Positions 40,211 through 51,323 of a stretch of 64,000 nucleotides of DNA are shown piece after piece. The translations under genes and the position numbers were made by a program. Location: the NCBI RefSeq assembly GCF_009931435.1, contig NZ_CP043414.1; one strand, 5' to 3'. The stretch is from Escherichia coli. GTDB taxonomy: Bacteria; Pseudomonadota; Gammaproteobacteria; Enterobacterales; Enterobacteriaceae. Each line of letters opens with the position of its first letter. Position 1 is the first letter of the stretch. The notes under the pieces were generated by a model, which ran no database searches, was not told the DNA's origin, and saw only the letters and a list, made by a program, of their open reading frames with translations.

Positions 40211-40261
40211 CTAGTCAGGATGATGGTGATGATGGTGGTGTTTAAATTGAACGCGTGTCAT
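40211..40261 (-). CDS. hisL: his operon leader peptide
   Basis: Minus-strand ATGACACGCGTTCAATTTAAACACCACCATCATCACCATCATCCTGACTAG encodes MTRVQFKHHHHHHHPD (seven consecutive His codons). Confidence 0.95.
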   Translation of the reverse strand: MTRVQFKHHHHHHHPD

Positions 40262-40510
40262 AAAAGTCTCTGTGAATGTTTATTCAACTGATGTCTTTTA
40301 ACCTAAACCACTTTCACGTTAGAAAGCAAGGGCTTTTTTATATATTTTATGGCGATGGATTTGTTTAATGAATGAGCGGGAAAAGGAGGGGGCTAAGAGG
40401 ACTGTCCTCTAACTTGACAGCACCAAAAAGAGCAAAGTCTGATTTTTCGTCTCGCTGGCAATGTCTTGATCTACAAACTAATTAATAAATAGTGAATTAA
40501 CACCCATCAT

Positions 40511-40528
40511 TGTACAATGAACTGTACA
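40511..40528 (+). promoter_or_regulatory. yefM-yoeB operator (paired TGTACA motifs)
   Basis: tgtacaatgaactgtaca immediately upstream of the yefM ribosome-binding site (agaggag) and start codon. Confidence 0.6.
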
Positions 40529-40543
40529 AAAGAGGAGATTTAC

Positions 40544-40795
40544 ATGCGTACAATTAGCTACAGCGAAGCGCGTCAGAATTTGTCGGCAACAATGATGAAA
40601 GCCGTTGAAGATCATGCCCCGATCCTCATTACTCGTCAGAATGGAGAGGCTTGTGTTCTGATGTCACTCGAAGAATACAACTCGCTGGAAGAGACGGCTT
40701 ATCTACTGCGTTCCCCCGCTAACGCCCGGAGATTGATGGACTCAATCGATAGCCTGAAATCAGGCAAAGGAACGGAAAAGGACATTATTGAGTGA
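40544..40795 (+). CDS. yefM: antitoxin YefM
   Basis: ORF 40517..40795; start [21 protein letters not shown] at 40544 gives 83 aa. Confidence 0.95.
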
Positions 40796-41046
40796 AACTA
40801 ATCTGGTCTGAGGAATCATGGGATGATTATCTGTACTGGCAGGAAACAGATAAGCGAATTGTTAAAAAGATCAATGAACTTATCAAAGATACCCGCAGAA
40901 CACCATTTGAAGGTAAGGGGAAACCAGAACCCCTGAAACATAATTTGTCAGGTTTCTGGTCCCGACGCATTACAGAGGAGCACCGTCTGGTATACGCGGT
41001 TACTGATGATTCACTGCTCATTGCAGCATGTCGTTATCATTATTGA
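40792..41046 (+). CDS. yoeB: toxin YoeB (ribosome-dependent mRNA interferase)
   Basis: 84-aa ORF overlapping the yefM stop (ATGA). Confidence 0.95.
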
Positions 41047-41128
41047 ACAGATTCATTCATAGAATGAATTGTCAGTTTTGATACGCTAGCGTAGCCTTAT
41101 AGATCTAAGGTGTATCAGGAGATAACGG

Positions 41129-41953
41129 ATGAAAAAGGTCGCAATTGTCGGGTTAGGGTGGTTAGGCATGCCGCTGGCGATGTCACTTTCAGCGCGAGGC
41201 TGGCAAGTCACCGGGAGTAAAACCACACAAGATGGTGTCGAAGCGGCCCGAATGAGTGGCATTGATAGCTATCTGCTTCGCATGGAGCCTGAGTTAGTTT
41301 GCGATTCTGACGATCTGGATGCCCTGATGGATGCCGATGCGCTGGTCATTACGCTTCCGGCACGTCGTAGCGGCCCCGGCGATGAGTTCTATTTACAAGC
41401 GGTACAAGAGTTAGTGGATAGCGCGCTGGCCCATCGTATTCCCCGCATTATTTTTACCAGCTCGACATCTGTCTATGGCGACGCGCAAGGCACGGTGAAA
41501 GAAACCACCCCGCGTAATCCGGTGACCAACAGTGGACGAGTATTAGAAGAACTCGAAGACTGGCTGCACAATTTACCCGGTACTTCGGTCGATATTCTGC
41601 GTCTTGCGGGCCTGGTCGGACCGGGACGTCATCCCGGACGCTTCTTTGCCGGAAAAACCGCCCCTGATGGTGAACATGGTGTTAATTTAGTCCATTTAGA
41701 AGATGTTATTGGCGCTATCACTCTGTTGTTACAGGCACCTAAAGGCGGACACATCTATAATATATGTGCGCCAGCTCACCCTGCGCGTAATGTTTTCTAT
41801 CCGCAGATGGCCCGTTTATTGGGGCTGGAACCTCCGCAGTTCAGAAATAGTCTGGACAGCGGCAAAGGTAAGATTATTGATGGCAGTCGGATTTGTAATG
41901 AACTGGGATTTGAATACCAGTATCCCGATCCGCTGGTAATGCCGCTGGAGTAA
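41129..41953 (+). CDS. yeeZ: NAD(P)-binding epimerase/dehydratase-like protein YeeZ
   Basis: 274-aa ORF; Rossmann-like N-terminus; conserved synteny. Confidence 0.85.
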   Translation: MKKVAIVGLGWLGMPLAMSLSARGWQVTGSKTTQDGVEAARMSGIDSYLLRMEPELVCDSDDLDALMDADALVITLPARRSGPGDEFYLQAVQELVDSALAHRIPRIIFTSSTSVYGDAQGTVKETTPRNPVTNSGRVLEELEDWLHNLPGTSVDILRLAGLVGPGRHPGRFFAGKTAPDGEHGVNLVHLEDVIGAITLLLQAPKGGHIYNICAPAHPARNVFYPQMARLLGLEPPQFRNSLDSGKGKIIDGSRICNELGFEYQYPDPLVMPLE

Positions 41954-41998
41954 ACGATCACGCCAGCAGGACGCCGCATACACTGCAAGGGGGCGTGT

Positions 41999-42928
41999 AT
42001 GAAACCACTGCTGGATGTGTTGATGATCCTCGATGCCTTAGAAAAAGAAGGCAGTTTTGCGGCGGCGTCGGCTAAACTCTACAAGACGCCGTCCGCTCTG
42101 AGTTATACCGTTCACAAGCTGGAAAGCGACCTTAATATTCAATTGCTTGATCGTAGCGGTCACCGCGCTAAATTCACCCGCACCGGAAAAATGTTATTAG
42201 AGAAAGGGCGGGAAGTTCTGCATACCGTGCGAGAACTGGAAAAGCAGGCGATCAAACTGCATGAAGGCTGGGAAAACGAGCTGGTGATTGGCGTGGACGA
42301 CACCTTCCCTTTTTCTCTGCTTGCGCCACTCATTGAGGCTTTTTATCAACATCATAGCGTGACGCGCCTGAAGTTTATCAATGGTGTACTCGGTGGTTCA
42401 TGGGATGCCCTGACTCAGGGGCGAGCGGATATTATTGTTGGCGCGATGCATGAGCCACCATCTTCCAGTGAGTTTGGTTTCTCTCGGTTGGGCGATCTGG
42501 AACAAGTCTTTGCGGTCGCGCCTCATCATCCGTTAGCCCTGGAAGAAGAACCGTTAAACCGTCGTATCATTAAACGATATCGGGCGATTGTGGTGGGGGA
42601 CACTGCACAGGCCGGCGCTTCTACGGCCTCACAACTTCTCGACGAACAAGAAGCTATTACCGTTTTCGATTTTAAAACCAAGCTGGAGCTGCAAATTAGC
42701 GGCCTCGGCTGCGGCTATTTACCCCGTTATCTGGCGCAACGTTTTCTCGATAGTGGTGCGTTAATCGAGAAGAAAGTGGTCGCCCAAACCCTCTTTGAAC
42801 CCGTCTGGATTGGCTGGAATGAACAGACCGCGGGGCTTGCCAGTGGTTGGTGGCGGGACGAAATTTTAGCAAATAGTGCGATCGCCGGTGTTTATGCAAA
42901 ATCTGATGACGGAAAATCAGCCATTTAA
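41999..42928 (+). CDS. yeeY: LysR-family transcriptional regulator YeeY
   Basis: 309-aa ORF; N-terminal HTH and LysR substrate-binding domain; synteny. Confidence 0.85.
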   Translation: MKPLLDVLMILDALEKEGSFAAASAKLYKTPSALSYTVHKLESDLNIQLLDRSGHRAKFTRTGKMLLEKGREVLHTVRELEKQAIKLHEGWENELVIGVDDTFPFSLLAPLIEAFYQHHSVTRLKFINGVLGGSWDALTQGRADIIVGAMHEPPSSSEFGFSRLGDLEQVFAVAPHHPLALEEEPLNRRIIKRYRAIVVGDTAQAGASTASQLLDEQEAITVFDFKTKLELQISGLGCGYLPRYLAQRFLDSGALIEKKVVAQTLFEPVWIGWNEQTAGLASGWWRDEILANSAIAGVYAKSDDGKSAI

Positions 42929-43194
42929 AGAAAAATTATTATGACAAGCCTCTCATTCTCTTGTCATTTCCCCCCCATTTAGGCACAATGCGCCGCTGTC
43001 AAAAAATGACTAAAAACCGACGTTTAATTAGCGTCGGTTATTTTTTGCTTCAAACCAATCATTCATACCAAGAGGCCGGGCTTCGTACCGGATAGATATT
43101 TACTAAAAATCGACAGTTGTTGTCGCTGAGGAATCCAAAAAAATGGGGCAATTTTTTGCTTACGCGACGGTTATCACCGTAAAGGAGAATGACC

Positions 43195-44553
43195 ATGTCG
43201 CATAACGTTACTCCAAACACCTCTCGCGTGGAATTGCGTAAAACGCTTACGTTAGTTCCGGTTGTAATGATGGGTCTTGCCTATATGCAGCCGATGACGC
43301 TGTTTGATACATTTGGTATCGTTTCAGGCCTCACGGATGGTCATGTGCCGACAGCCTATGCGTTCGCATTGATTGCGATCCTGTTTACGGCTCTGAGCTA
43401 CGGGAAGCTGGTTCGCCGCTATCCTTCTGCTGGCTCTGCATACACTTACGCCCAGAAATCCATTAGCCCGACTGTCGGCTTTATGGTGGGTTGGTCTTCT
43501 CTGCTCGACTATCTGTTCGCGCCGATGATCAACATTCTGCTGGCGAAAATCTATTTTGAAGCTCTGGTGCCTTCCATCCCATCGTGGATGTTTGTGGTGG
43601 CGCTGGTGGCCTTTATGACCGCCTTTAACCTGCGTAGTCTGAAATCCGTAGCGAACTTCAACACTGTAATCGTCGTGTTGCAGGTAGTGCTGATCGCGGT
43701 GATTCTGGGCATGGTTGTTTATGGCGTATTTGAAGGTGAAGGCGCGGGTACGCTGGCGAGCACTCGTCCGTTCTGGTCTGGCGATGCGCATGTTATCCCG
43801 ATGATTACCGGGGCGACAATCCTGTGCTTCTCCTTTACCGGCTTTGACGGCATCAGCAACCTGTCGGAAGAAACCAAAGATGCAGAGCGCGTGATCCCGC
43901 GTGCGATTTTCCTGACCGCACTGATTGGCGGCATGATCTTCATCTTTGCAACTTACTTCCTGCAGCTGTACTTCCCGGATATCTCTCGCTTTAAAGATCC
44001 GGATGCGTCACAGCCTGAAATCATGCTGTACGTTGCGGGTAAAGCGTTCCAGGTTGGCGCGCTGATCTTCTCCACCATTACCGTACTGGCGTCCGGTATG
44101 GCGGCGCATGCAGGCGTAGCGCGTCTGATGTACGTAATGGGGCGTGACGGTGTGTTCCCGAAAAGCTTCTTCGGTTATGTACACCCGAAATGGCGTACTC
44201 CGGCAATGAACATCATCCTGGTTGGCGCGATTGCCCTGCTGGCAATCAACTTCGACCTGGTAATGGCTACGGCGCTGATTAACTTTGGTGCGCTGGTGGC
44301 GTTCACCTTCGTTAACCTGTCGGTTATTTCGCAGTTCTGGATCCGTGAGAAGCGTAACAAGACGCTGAAAGATCACTTCCAGTATCTGTTCCTACCGATG
44401 TGTGGTGCGCTGACCGTTGGTGCGCTGTGGGTTAACCTGGAAGAAAGCTCAATGGTTCTGGGTCTGATCTGGGCTGCTATCGGTCTGATTTACCTGGCTT
44501 GCGTAACCAAGAGTTTCCGTAATCCGGTTCCGCAGTACGAAGACGTAGCATAA
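43195..44553 (+). CDS. plaP: putrescine importer PlaP (APC-family amino acid/polyamine permease)
   Basis: ORF 43189..44553; start [11 protein letters not shown] at 43195; polytopic APC transporter. Confidence 0.9.
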   Translation: MSHNVTPNTSRVELRKTLTLVPVVMMGLAYMQPMTLFDTFGIVSGLTDGHVPTAYAFALIAILFTALSYGKLVRRYPSAGSAYTYAQKSISPTVGFMVGWSSLLDYLFAPMINILLAKIYFEALVPSIPSWMFVVALVAFMTAFNLRSLKSVANFNTVIVVLQVVLIAVILGMVVYGVFEGEGAGTLASTRPFWSGDAHVIPMITGATILCFSFTGFDGISNLSEETKDAERVIPRAIFLTALIGGMIFIFATYFLQLYFPDISRFKDPDASQPEIMLYVAGKAFQVGALIFSTITVLASGMAAHAGVARLMYVMGRDGVFPKSFFGYVHPKWRTPAMNIILVGAIALLAINFDLVMATALINFGALVAFTFVNLSVISQFWIREKRNKTLKDHFQYLFLPMCGALTVGALWVNLEESSMVLGLIWAAIGLIYLACVTKSFRNPVPQYEDVA

Positions 44554-44571
44554 TCATCTTTTCTAATAATA

Positions 44572-44609
44572 AACCGGAGTCGAATGAACATTTGGCTCCG
44601 GTTTTTTTA
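44572..44609 (+). terminator. rho-independent terminator after plaP
   Basis: ccggag...ctccgg hairpin followed by a T7 run. Confidence 0.55.
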
Positions 44610-44731
44610 TTCTTTTTTATCGAAATCCTCATTAATAACCATTTGTTCTAATTTAGAGAATTTGGTTATTGGTCTGCATTCCACCAGTCATGAATAATTT
44701 CCCCATTAACATTCATCTGGTTAATTAATTT

Positions 44732-45790
44732 ATGTTTTCAATGATATTAAGCGGGCTAATTTGTGGTGCTCTGCTGGGATTTGTCATGCAGCGTGGGCGT
44801 TTTTGCCTGACAGGTGGTTTTCGCGATATGTATATCGCGAAAAATAATCGCATGTTTTACGCCTTGCTGATTGCAATTTCGGTACAAAGCGTGGGGGTTT
44901 TTGCGTTAATTCAGGCGGGCCTACTGACTTACGAAGCCGGGGCGTTCCCGTGGCTTGGTACTGTTATAGGTGGGTATCTTTTCGGGCTGGGAATTGTTCT
45001 GGCGGGTGGATGTGCCACCGGGACCTGGTATCGCGCGGGTGAGGGATTGATCGGCAGTTGGATCGCGCTTTTCACTTATATGGTGATGAGTGCGGTGATG
45101 CGTTCTCCACACGCCAGTGGTTTAAATCAAACCTTGCAGCACTACACTACTGAACATAACTCTATTGCTGATACTTTTAATTTGTCTGTGTGGCCGTTGG
45201 TTGCCGTTTTGCTGGTGATAACGCTCTGGGTGGTGATGAAAGAGTTGAAGAAGCCAAAACTCAAAGTCGCGACCTTACCGCCGCGCCGAACCGGGATCGC
45301 TCATATTCTGTTTGAAAAACGCTGGCATCCCTTTGTCACTGCTGTACTCATCGGTTTGATTGCGCTTTTAGCTTGGCCCCTGAGTGAAGCAACCGGACGC
45401 ATGTTTGGGTTAGGAATCACTTCCCCAACGGCCAATATTCTGCAATTTCTGGTCGCGGGTGACGTGAAATACATTAACTGGGGCGTTTTCCTGGTGTTAG
45501 GGATCTTCGTGGGGTCATTTATTGCAGCCAAAGCGAGCCGTGAGTTCCGCGTTCGCGCTGCTGATGCACAAACAACATTACGTAGCGGGTTAGGTGGTGT
45601 ACTGATGGGCTTCGGTGCCAGCATTGCAGGTGGTTGCTCTATCGGTAATGGACTGGTCATGACTGCAATGATGACCTGGCAGGGCTGGATTGGCCTTGTA
45701 TTTATGATTCTCGGAGTCTGGACTGCGTCCTGGCTTGTGTATGTTCGACCGCAGCGTAAGGTACGACTGGCAACTGCTGCGGCAAATTAA
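44732..45790 (+). CDS. yeeE: thiosulfate transporter YeeE/TsuA (YeeE/YedE family)
   Basis: 352-aa polytopic membrane ORF; synteny with yeeD. Confidence 0.85.
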   Translation: MFSMILSGLICGALLGFVMQRGRFCLTGGFRDMYIAKNNRMFYALLIAISVQSVGVFALIQAGLLTYEAGAFPWLGTVIGGYLFGLGIVLAGGCATGTWYRAGEGLIGSWIALFTYMVMSAVMRSPHASGLNQTLQHYTTEHNSIADTFNLSVWPLVAVLLVITLWVVMKELKKPKLKVATLPPRRTGIAHILFEKRWHPFVTAVLIGLIALLAWPLSEATGRMFGLGITSPTANILQFLVAGDVKYINWGVFLVLGIFVGSFIAAKASREFRVRAADAQTTLRSGLGGVLMGFGASIAGGCSIGNGLVMTAMMTWQGWIGLVFMILGVWTASWLVYVRPQRKVRLATAAAN

Positions 45791-45803
45791 GTAAGGTGTA
45801 AAG

Positions 45804-46031
45804 ATGGCGATTAAAAAGCTGGATGTGGTGACGCAGGTCTGTCCGTTTCCACTCATAGAAGCAAAAGCAGCACTGGCAGAAATGGCCAGCGGCGATGAGT
45901 TGGTAATTGAGTTTGATTGCACCCAGGCAACTGAAGCAATCCCACAGTGGGCGGCAGAAGAAGGACATGCCATCACCGATTATCAGCAGATTGGCGATGC
46001 AGCGTGGAGCATCACCGTTCAAAAAGCCTGA
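45804..46031 (+). CDS. yeeD: TusA-like sulfurtransferase YeeD/TsuB
   Basis: 75-aa ORF with the TusA CPFP motif (QVCPFPLIEAK). Confidence 0.9.
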   Translation: MAIKKLDVVTQVCPFPLIEAKAALAEMASGDELVIEFDCTQATEAIPQWAAEEGHAITDYQQIGDAAWSITVQKA

Positions 46032-46073
46032 CTCAAAATTGTCCTCCGCCGTACCAGCGGCGGAGGCTTCACA

Positions 46074-47501
46074 TTAGACAATCTCTTCCGCGTACTGCCA
46101 AAGCGCTTTTAACAGCGCCACTTTTTCTTTATCGTCGGCATACTGCTGCGCCAGCATCTGAATCTCTTCTGCATAGCCTTGTAAAAACTCTGGCGTGAAG
46201 ACCTGGCGGCGGTGCTCCAGCCAGCGTTGCTGCTCGGCATAATCCAGCGTCCCCGGGAAGTTGCGCGCCCGATAATTGAACAACAGCTTTTCAATTCGTT
46301 TATCAACAAAAGTGATATCCAGTGCCGGTAAATTACGCGGCTCGGTTTCCAGCACAATTTTCATTGCTGCACGATCGGCGTCACTGAAAAAGCCGTTATA
46401 AAGCTGTGCATCCACATTATCTGAAGGTGTAAACGGTTCGGCTTCCACGAATATCGCTACCACTTTTTCACGCACTTGCGGATTTTCACGCAGAATTTTT
46501 AGGTTATCGAGGCAATGCTGACGATTAATTCCCAGTCGGTCGGCATCTTCCGGGCGTAGCGTATTCGCCTGGGCCAGTACCGGACATTTATTGATATGTA
46601 CCAGCTTAACCGGAACGGCGGCGTTATCGCCAAGATCGGCTTTTGCGGTATATAAACGCTCGCGCAATGTGTCGCTATCCAGCTCCAGTAATGGCGAAAT
46701 GTCTCCTGCCAAATCCACCATAATTACGGCATTGCGATTTTCAGGATGCCACGCCAGCGGTGCCACCCAGCTTGTATTGCCGCGCCATGCACCAAACATT
46801 CCGGAAACGTGAACCAGGGGTTTCATCTGAGGAACATCAATCAACGCCATTAGTTTGTGTTTATTACGATGGGTAAAGAGATAATCAAACAGGCGTGGCT
46901 GACGCGTTTTTACCAGTTTTGCCATCGCAATAGTGGCGTACACATCAGCCATCGCATCGTGGGCGTTGCTATGTTCAATACCATTCGCTTTGGTTAAATG
47001 CTCAAGGCGAAAGCTCGGTAGACCGTCATCATTTTCAGGCCAATTTATTCCTTCCGGGCGCAGGGCATAACAGGCACGCATAACATCCAGTAAATCCCAG
47101 CGCGAGTTATCATGCTGCCAGCTCCAGGCGTAAGGATCGTAGAAATTACGATAAAAAACGTTGCGTGTGACTTCGTCGTCGAAACGCACATTGTTGTAGC
47201 CCAGAATACAGGTCTTCGGTACGGTAAAAAGCGAGTGAATACGGGCGGCAAACGCGGCTTCGTTTTCTCCTTTCGCTCGTGTCTCCTGCGGGGTAATACC
47301 GGTAATTAATACTGCTCCAGGCTGGGGTAAATAGTCATCCGCGGGCTTGCAGTAAAAGACTTCGGGTTCGCCGATGACATTGAATTCGTCATCGGTGCGA
47401 ATGGCTGCGAACTGTGCAGGGCGATCTAACGCGGGGTGCGTGCCAAAGGTTTCGTAATCGTGAAACAAAAAGGTAGATTGTTGCTTACCGTCATTCATCA
47501 T
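46074..47501 (-). CDS. sbcB: exodeoxyribonuclease I
   Basis: ORF 46074..47549; start MMNDGKQQSTFLFHDYETFG at 47501 gives 475 aa; DnaQ-like exonuclease motif. Confidence 0.95.
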   Translation of the reverse strand: MMNDGKQQSTFLFHDYETFGTHPALDRPAQFAAIRTDDEFNVIGEPEVFYCKPADDYLPQPGAVLITGITPQETRAKGENEAAFAARIHSLFTVPKTCILGYNNVRFDDEVTRNVFYRNFYDPYAWSWQHDNSRWDLLDVMRACYALRPEGINWPENDDGLPSFRLEHLTKANGIEHSNAHDAMADVYATIAMAKLVKTRQPRLFDYLFTHRNKHKLMALIDVPQMKPLVHVSGMFGAWRGNTSWVAPLAWHPENRNAVIMVDLAGDISPLLELDSDTLRERLYTAKADLGDNAAVPVKLVHINKCPVLAQANTLRPEDADRLGINRQHCLDNLKILRENPQVREKVVAIFVEAEPFTPSDNVDAQLYNGFFSDADRAAMKIVLETEPRNLPALDITFVDKRIEKLLFNYRARNFPGTLDYAEQQRWLEHRRQVFTPEFLQGYAEEIQMLAQQYADDKEKVALLKALWQYAEEIV

Positions 47502-47709
47502 TAGGTTAAATCCGTTATTTCTGCTGTCTGCCAGAGTATCAAATATCACCGTGCTAATCAGCTTTAGCGCGACAATTTGACAGCGAGTGACAACAGATCA
47601 TGTCAGATAAAAATGAGAGGGTAGTCACATTTTCTTGCACTTTATTCCAGCCAGTTCATAAGTATTTCCGTAAAAAGAACAGCTATTTGAAACTCCTGAG
47701 GGTTTGCTG

Positions 47710-48876
47710 TTGAAACGCCGTCTTATTATTGCTGCTTCTTTGTTCATTTTTAACTTATCGTCTGGTTTTGCGGCGGAAAACATTCCTTTTTCACCTCAGC
47801 CTCCAGAGATTCATGCCGGCTCCTGGGTACTGATGGATTACACCACCGGTCAGATCCTCACCGCGGGTAATGAGCATCAACAGCGCAATCCCGCCAGCCT
47901 GACAAAGCTGATGACGGGCTATGTCGTGGATCGCACTATCGATAGTCATCGCATTACGCCAGACGATATTGTCACCGTGGGGCGCGATGCGTGGGCGAAA
48001 GATAATCCAGTGTTTGTCGGTTCTTCACTGATGTTTTTGAAAGAGGGCGATCGCGTATCGGTACGTGATTTAAGCCGTGGTTTAATTGTGGATTCCGGAA
48101 ATGACGCTTGTGTTGCACTGGCTGACTATATTGCCGGTGGGCAACGGCAGTTTGTTGAAATGATGAACAACTATGCCGAGAAGTTGCATCTCAAGGATAC
48201 GCATTTTGAAACAGTGCATGGTCTGGATGCACCAGGTCAGCATAGCTCGGCTTATGATTTAGCTGTGCTTTCTCGCGCTATCATCCACGGCGAGCCCGAG
48301 TTTTATCATATGTACAGTGAGAAAAGTCTCACCTGGAACGGTATCACCCAGCAAAACCGTAACGGGTTATTGTGGGATAAAACCATGAATGTTGACGGCC
48401 TGAAAACGGGTCATACTTCTGGTGCCGGGTTTAATCTCATTGCTTCGGCTGTCGATGGGCAGCGTCGTCTCATTGCAGTGGTAATGGGGGCTGACAGTGC
48501 AAAAGGTCGTGAGGAAGAGGCAAGAAAATTACTGCGTTGGGGGCAACAAAACTTTACTACGGTGCAAATTTTGCACCGTGGGAAAAAGGTCGGTACGGAA
48601 CGCATCTGGTATGGCGATAAAGAAAATATCGACCTGGGAACGGAACAAGAGTTCTGGATGGTGCTACCGAAAGCCGAAATTCCACATATCAAAGCCAAAT
48701 ATACCCTTGATGGTAAAGAACTCACCGCGCCAATTAGCGCCCATCAGCGGGTAGGGGAAATTGAACTTTACGACCGTGATAAACAGGTGGCGCACTGGCC
48801 GCTGGTTACCCTGGAATCTGTCGGGGAAGGCAGCATGTTTTCTCGCCTGAGTGATTATTTCCACCATAAGGCCTGA
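47710..48876 (+). CDS. dacD: D-alanyl-D-alanine carboxypeptidase DacD (PBP6b)
   Basis: ORF 47704..48876; probable TTG start at 47710 (MKRRLIIAAS); SxxK motif (PASLTKLMT). Confidence 0.9.
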   Translation: MKRRLIIAASLFIFNLSSGFAAENIPFSPQPPEIHAGSWVLMDYTTGQILTAGNEHQQRNPASLTKLMTGYVVDRTIDSHRITPDDIVTVGRDAWAKDNPVFVGSSLMFLKEGDRVSVRDLSRGLIVDSGNDACVALADYIAGGQRQFVEMMNNYAEKLHLKDTHFETVHGLDAPGQHSSAYDLAVLSRAIIHGEPEFYHMYSEKSLTWNGITQQNRNGLLWDKTMNVDGLKTGHTSGAGFNLIASAVDGQRRLIAVVMGADSAKGREEEARKLLRWGQQNFTTVQILHRGKKVGTERIWYGDKENIDLGTEQEFWMVLPKAEIPHIKAKYTLDGKELTAPISAHQRVGEIELYDRDKQVAHWPLVTLESVGEGSMFSRLSDYFHHKA

Positions 48877-48993
48877 CCTTTCTTTTGCAGCAGACTGGCA
48901 GGAGTGCGAGTCTGCTCGCATAATCAACACTCATTTCTTGTGGTTTTAATATCGCAATTATACTGTATATAAAAACAGTGTTAATGGGACGTC

Positions 48994-49467
48994 ATGAACT
49001 ACGAGATTAAGCAGGAAGATAAACGTACCGTTGCAGGTTTCCATCTCGTTGGCCCGTGGGAACAGACGGTAAAGAAAGGCTTTGAGCAGTTGATGATGTG
49101 GGTAGATAGCAAAAATATTGTGCCGAAGGAGTGGGTTGCTGTCTTTTACGACAATCCAGATGAAACACCCGCCGAAAAATTACGCTGCGACATCGTCGTG
49201 ACGGTGCCGAATAACTTTACGCTCCCCGAAAACAGTGAGGGCGTCATTCTGACAGAAATTTCAGGTGGTCAGTATGCGGTTGCGGTGGCTCGTGTAGTCG
49301 GTGATGATTTTGCTAAACCCTGGTATCAGTTCTTTAATAGCCTCTTGCAGGACAGTGCTTATGAAATGTTACCAAAGCCCTGCTTCGAGGTTTATTTGAA
49401 CAATGGCGCGGAAGATGGGTACTGGGATATCGAAATGTATGTTGCGGTGCAGCCAAAACATCACTAA
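48994..49467 (+). CDS. sbmC: DNA gyrase inhibitor SbmC (GyrI)
   Basis: 157-aa ORF; synteny. Confidence 0.9.
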   Translation: MNYEIKQEDKRTVAGFHLVGPWEQTVKKGFEQLMMWVDSKNIVPKEWVAVFYDNPDETPAEKLRCDIVVTVPNNFTLPENSEGVILTEISGGQYAVAVARVVGDDFAKPWYQFFNSLLQDSAYEMLPKPCFEVYLNNGAEDGYWDIEMYVAVQPKHH

Positions 49468-49664
49468 TTCATCTCAGGGCGGTGTGTTAACGCGATGACC
49501 ACTCTTTTTTTGAAAGCGAAAAGAGTAAGATGCGCCTTTCAATTTTTTCGCTCCTGCCGGGAAATTACACTGTTCCCGGTTTGTCCGTCGGATAATTCAG
49601 AGGCGGGCCTTCTGGCCGACAGATGAGTTATGAGCGCTTTTAATCTTCATTACGGAGTTTCTGC

Positions 49665-50722
49665 GTGCGTGCCGATAAGTCATTAAGCCCGTTTGAAATC
49701 CGGGTATACCGCCATTACCGCATTGTGCATGGTACTCGGGTCGCGCTGGCATTCCTGCTCACTTTTCTCATTATCCGCCTGTTTACTATCCCGGAAAGCA
49801 CCTGGCCGCTGGTCACCATGGTGGTGATTATGGGGCCAATCTCGTTCTGGGGTAACGTTGTCCCTCGCGCCTTCGAACGTATTGGCGGTACGGTGTTGGG
49901 TTCGATTTTAGGTCTTATCGCTCTGCAACTGGAGTTAATTTCGTTACCGCTGATGTTAGTCTGGTGCGCGGCGGCTATGTTTCTTTGCGGTTGGCTGGCG
50001 CTGGGCAAGAAACCGTATCAAGGATTATTGATTGGGGTGACGCTGGCAATTGTTGTGGGTTCCCCGACAGGTGAAATTGATACGGCGTTATGGCGAAGCG
50101 GCGATGTGATCCTCGGCTCTTTACTGGCAATGTTGTTTACCGGTATCTGGCCACAACGGGCGTTCATCCACTGGCGCATTCAACTGGCGAAAAGTCTGAC
50201 CGAGTATAATCGGGTTTATCAATCTGCATTCTCACCGAACTTACTCGAACGCCCACGTCTGGAAAGCCATCTACAAAAACTCCTGACCGATGCCGTGAAA
50301 ATGCGTGGGCTGATTGCGCCCGCCAGCAAAGAAACTCGTATTCCAAAATCGATATATGAAGGTATCCAGACCATTAACCGCAATCTGGTTTGTATGCTGG
50401 AGTTGCAAATCAATGCATACTGGGCCACGCGCCCCAGCCATTTCGTGTTATTGAACGCGCAAAACTTCGTGATACCCAGCACATGATGCAGCAAATACTG
50501 CTGAGCCTTGTTCATGCGCTGTACGAAGGTAATCCGCAGCCGGTTTTTGCCAATACGGAAAAATTGAACGATGCTGTGGAAGAGCTGCGTCAGTTGCTGA
50601 ATAACCACCATGACCTGAAGGTTGTGGAAACACCAATCTATGGTTATGTGTGGCTGAACATGGAAACGGCACATCAGCTTGAGTTGCTATCGAGTCTGAT
50701 TTGCCGGGCCTTGCGCAAATAA
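49665..50722 (+). pseudogene. yeeA: yeeA (FUSC-family membrane protein), apparently frameshifted
   Basis: Two overlapping ORFs in different frames (49665..50486 and 50390..50722) together span 1058 nt, one base short of an intact 352-aa-plus-stop reading frame. Confidence 0.6.
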
Positions 50723-50893
50723 TTCCTGAACTTCAGAATCATCTTGCTGCTGCTTCGATTCAGCAAGGATAAAGGGTATGATAGTGAAAAGGGATAAAAG
50801 CATTGTCATCTGCGGCAGCTATGAGTAATGTTGGCCCTAACGAATAGCGGTTGCTTAAACGAATCCGACTCTCACATTATCAGGGGTATAAAA

Positions 50894-51223
50894 ATGGAAA
50901 CTACCAAGCCTTCATTCCAGGACGTACTGGAATTTGTTCGTCTGTTCCGTCGTAAGAACAAACTGCAACGTGAAATTCAGGACGTTGAGAAAAAGATCCG
51001 TGACAACCAGAAGCGCGTCCTGTTGCTGGACAACCTGAGCGATTACATCAAGCCCGGGATGAGCGTTGAAGCAATCCAGGGCATCATCGCCAGCATGAAA
51101 GGTGACTATGAAGATCGCGTTGACGATTACATCATCAAAAATGCCGAGCTCTCCAAAGAACGCCGCGATATCTCCAAAAAGCTGAAAGCTATGGGCGAAA
51201 TGAAAAACGGCGAAGCGAAGTAA
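50894..51223 (+). CDS. yeeX: UPF0265/DUF496 protein YeeX
   Basis: ORF 50828..51223; start [14 protein letters not shown] at 50894 gives 109 aa. Confidence 0.85.
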   Translation: METTKPSFQDVLEFVRLFRRKNKLQREIQDVEKKIRDNQKRVLLLDNLSDYIKPGMSVEAIQGIIASMKGDYEDRVDDYIIKNAELSKERRDISKKLKAMGEMKNGEAK

Positions 51224-51323
51224 TTCCTGTTTTATTCAATGAGGGTTGCCCGGCAACCCTCATTGCTCATTGATTCTTATCTGTGTATCACCGTCATCAT
51301 TCTCATCTGAGAACCTATCGAAA

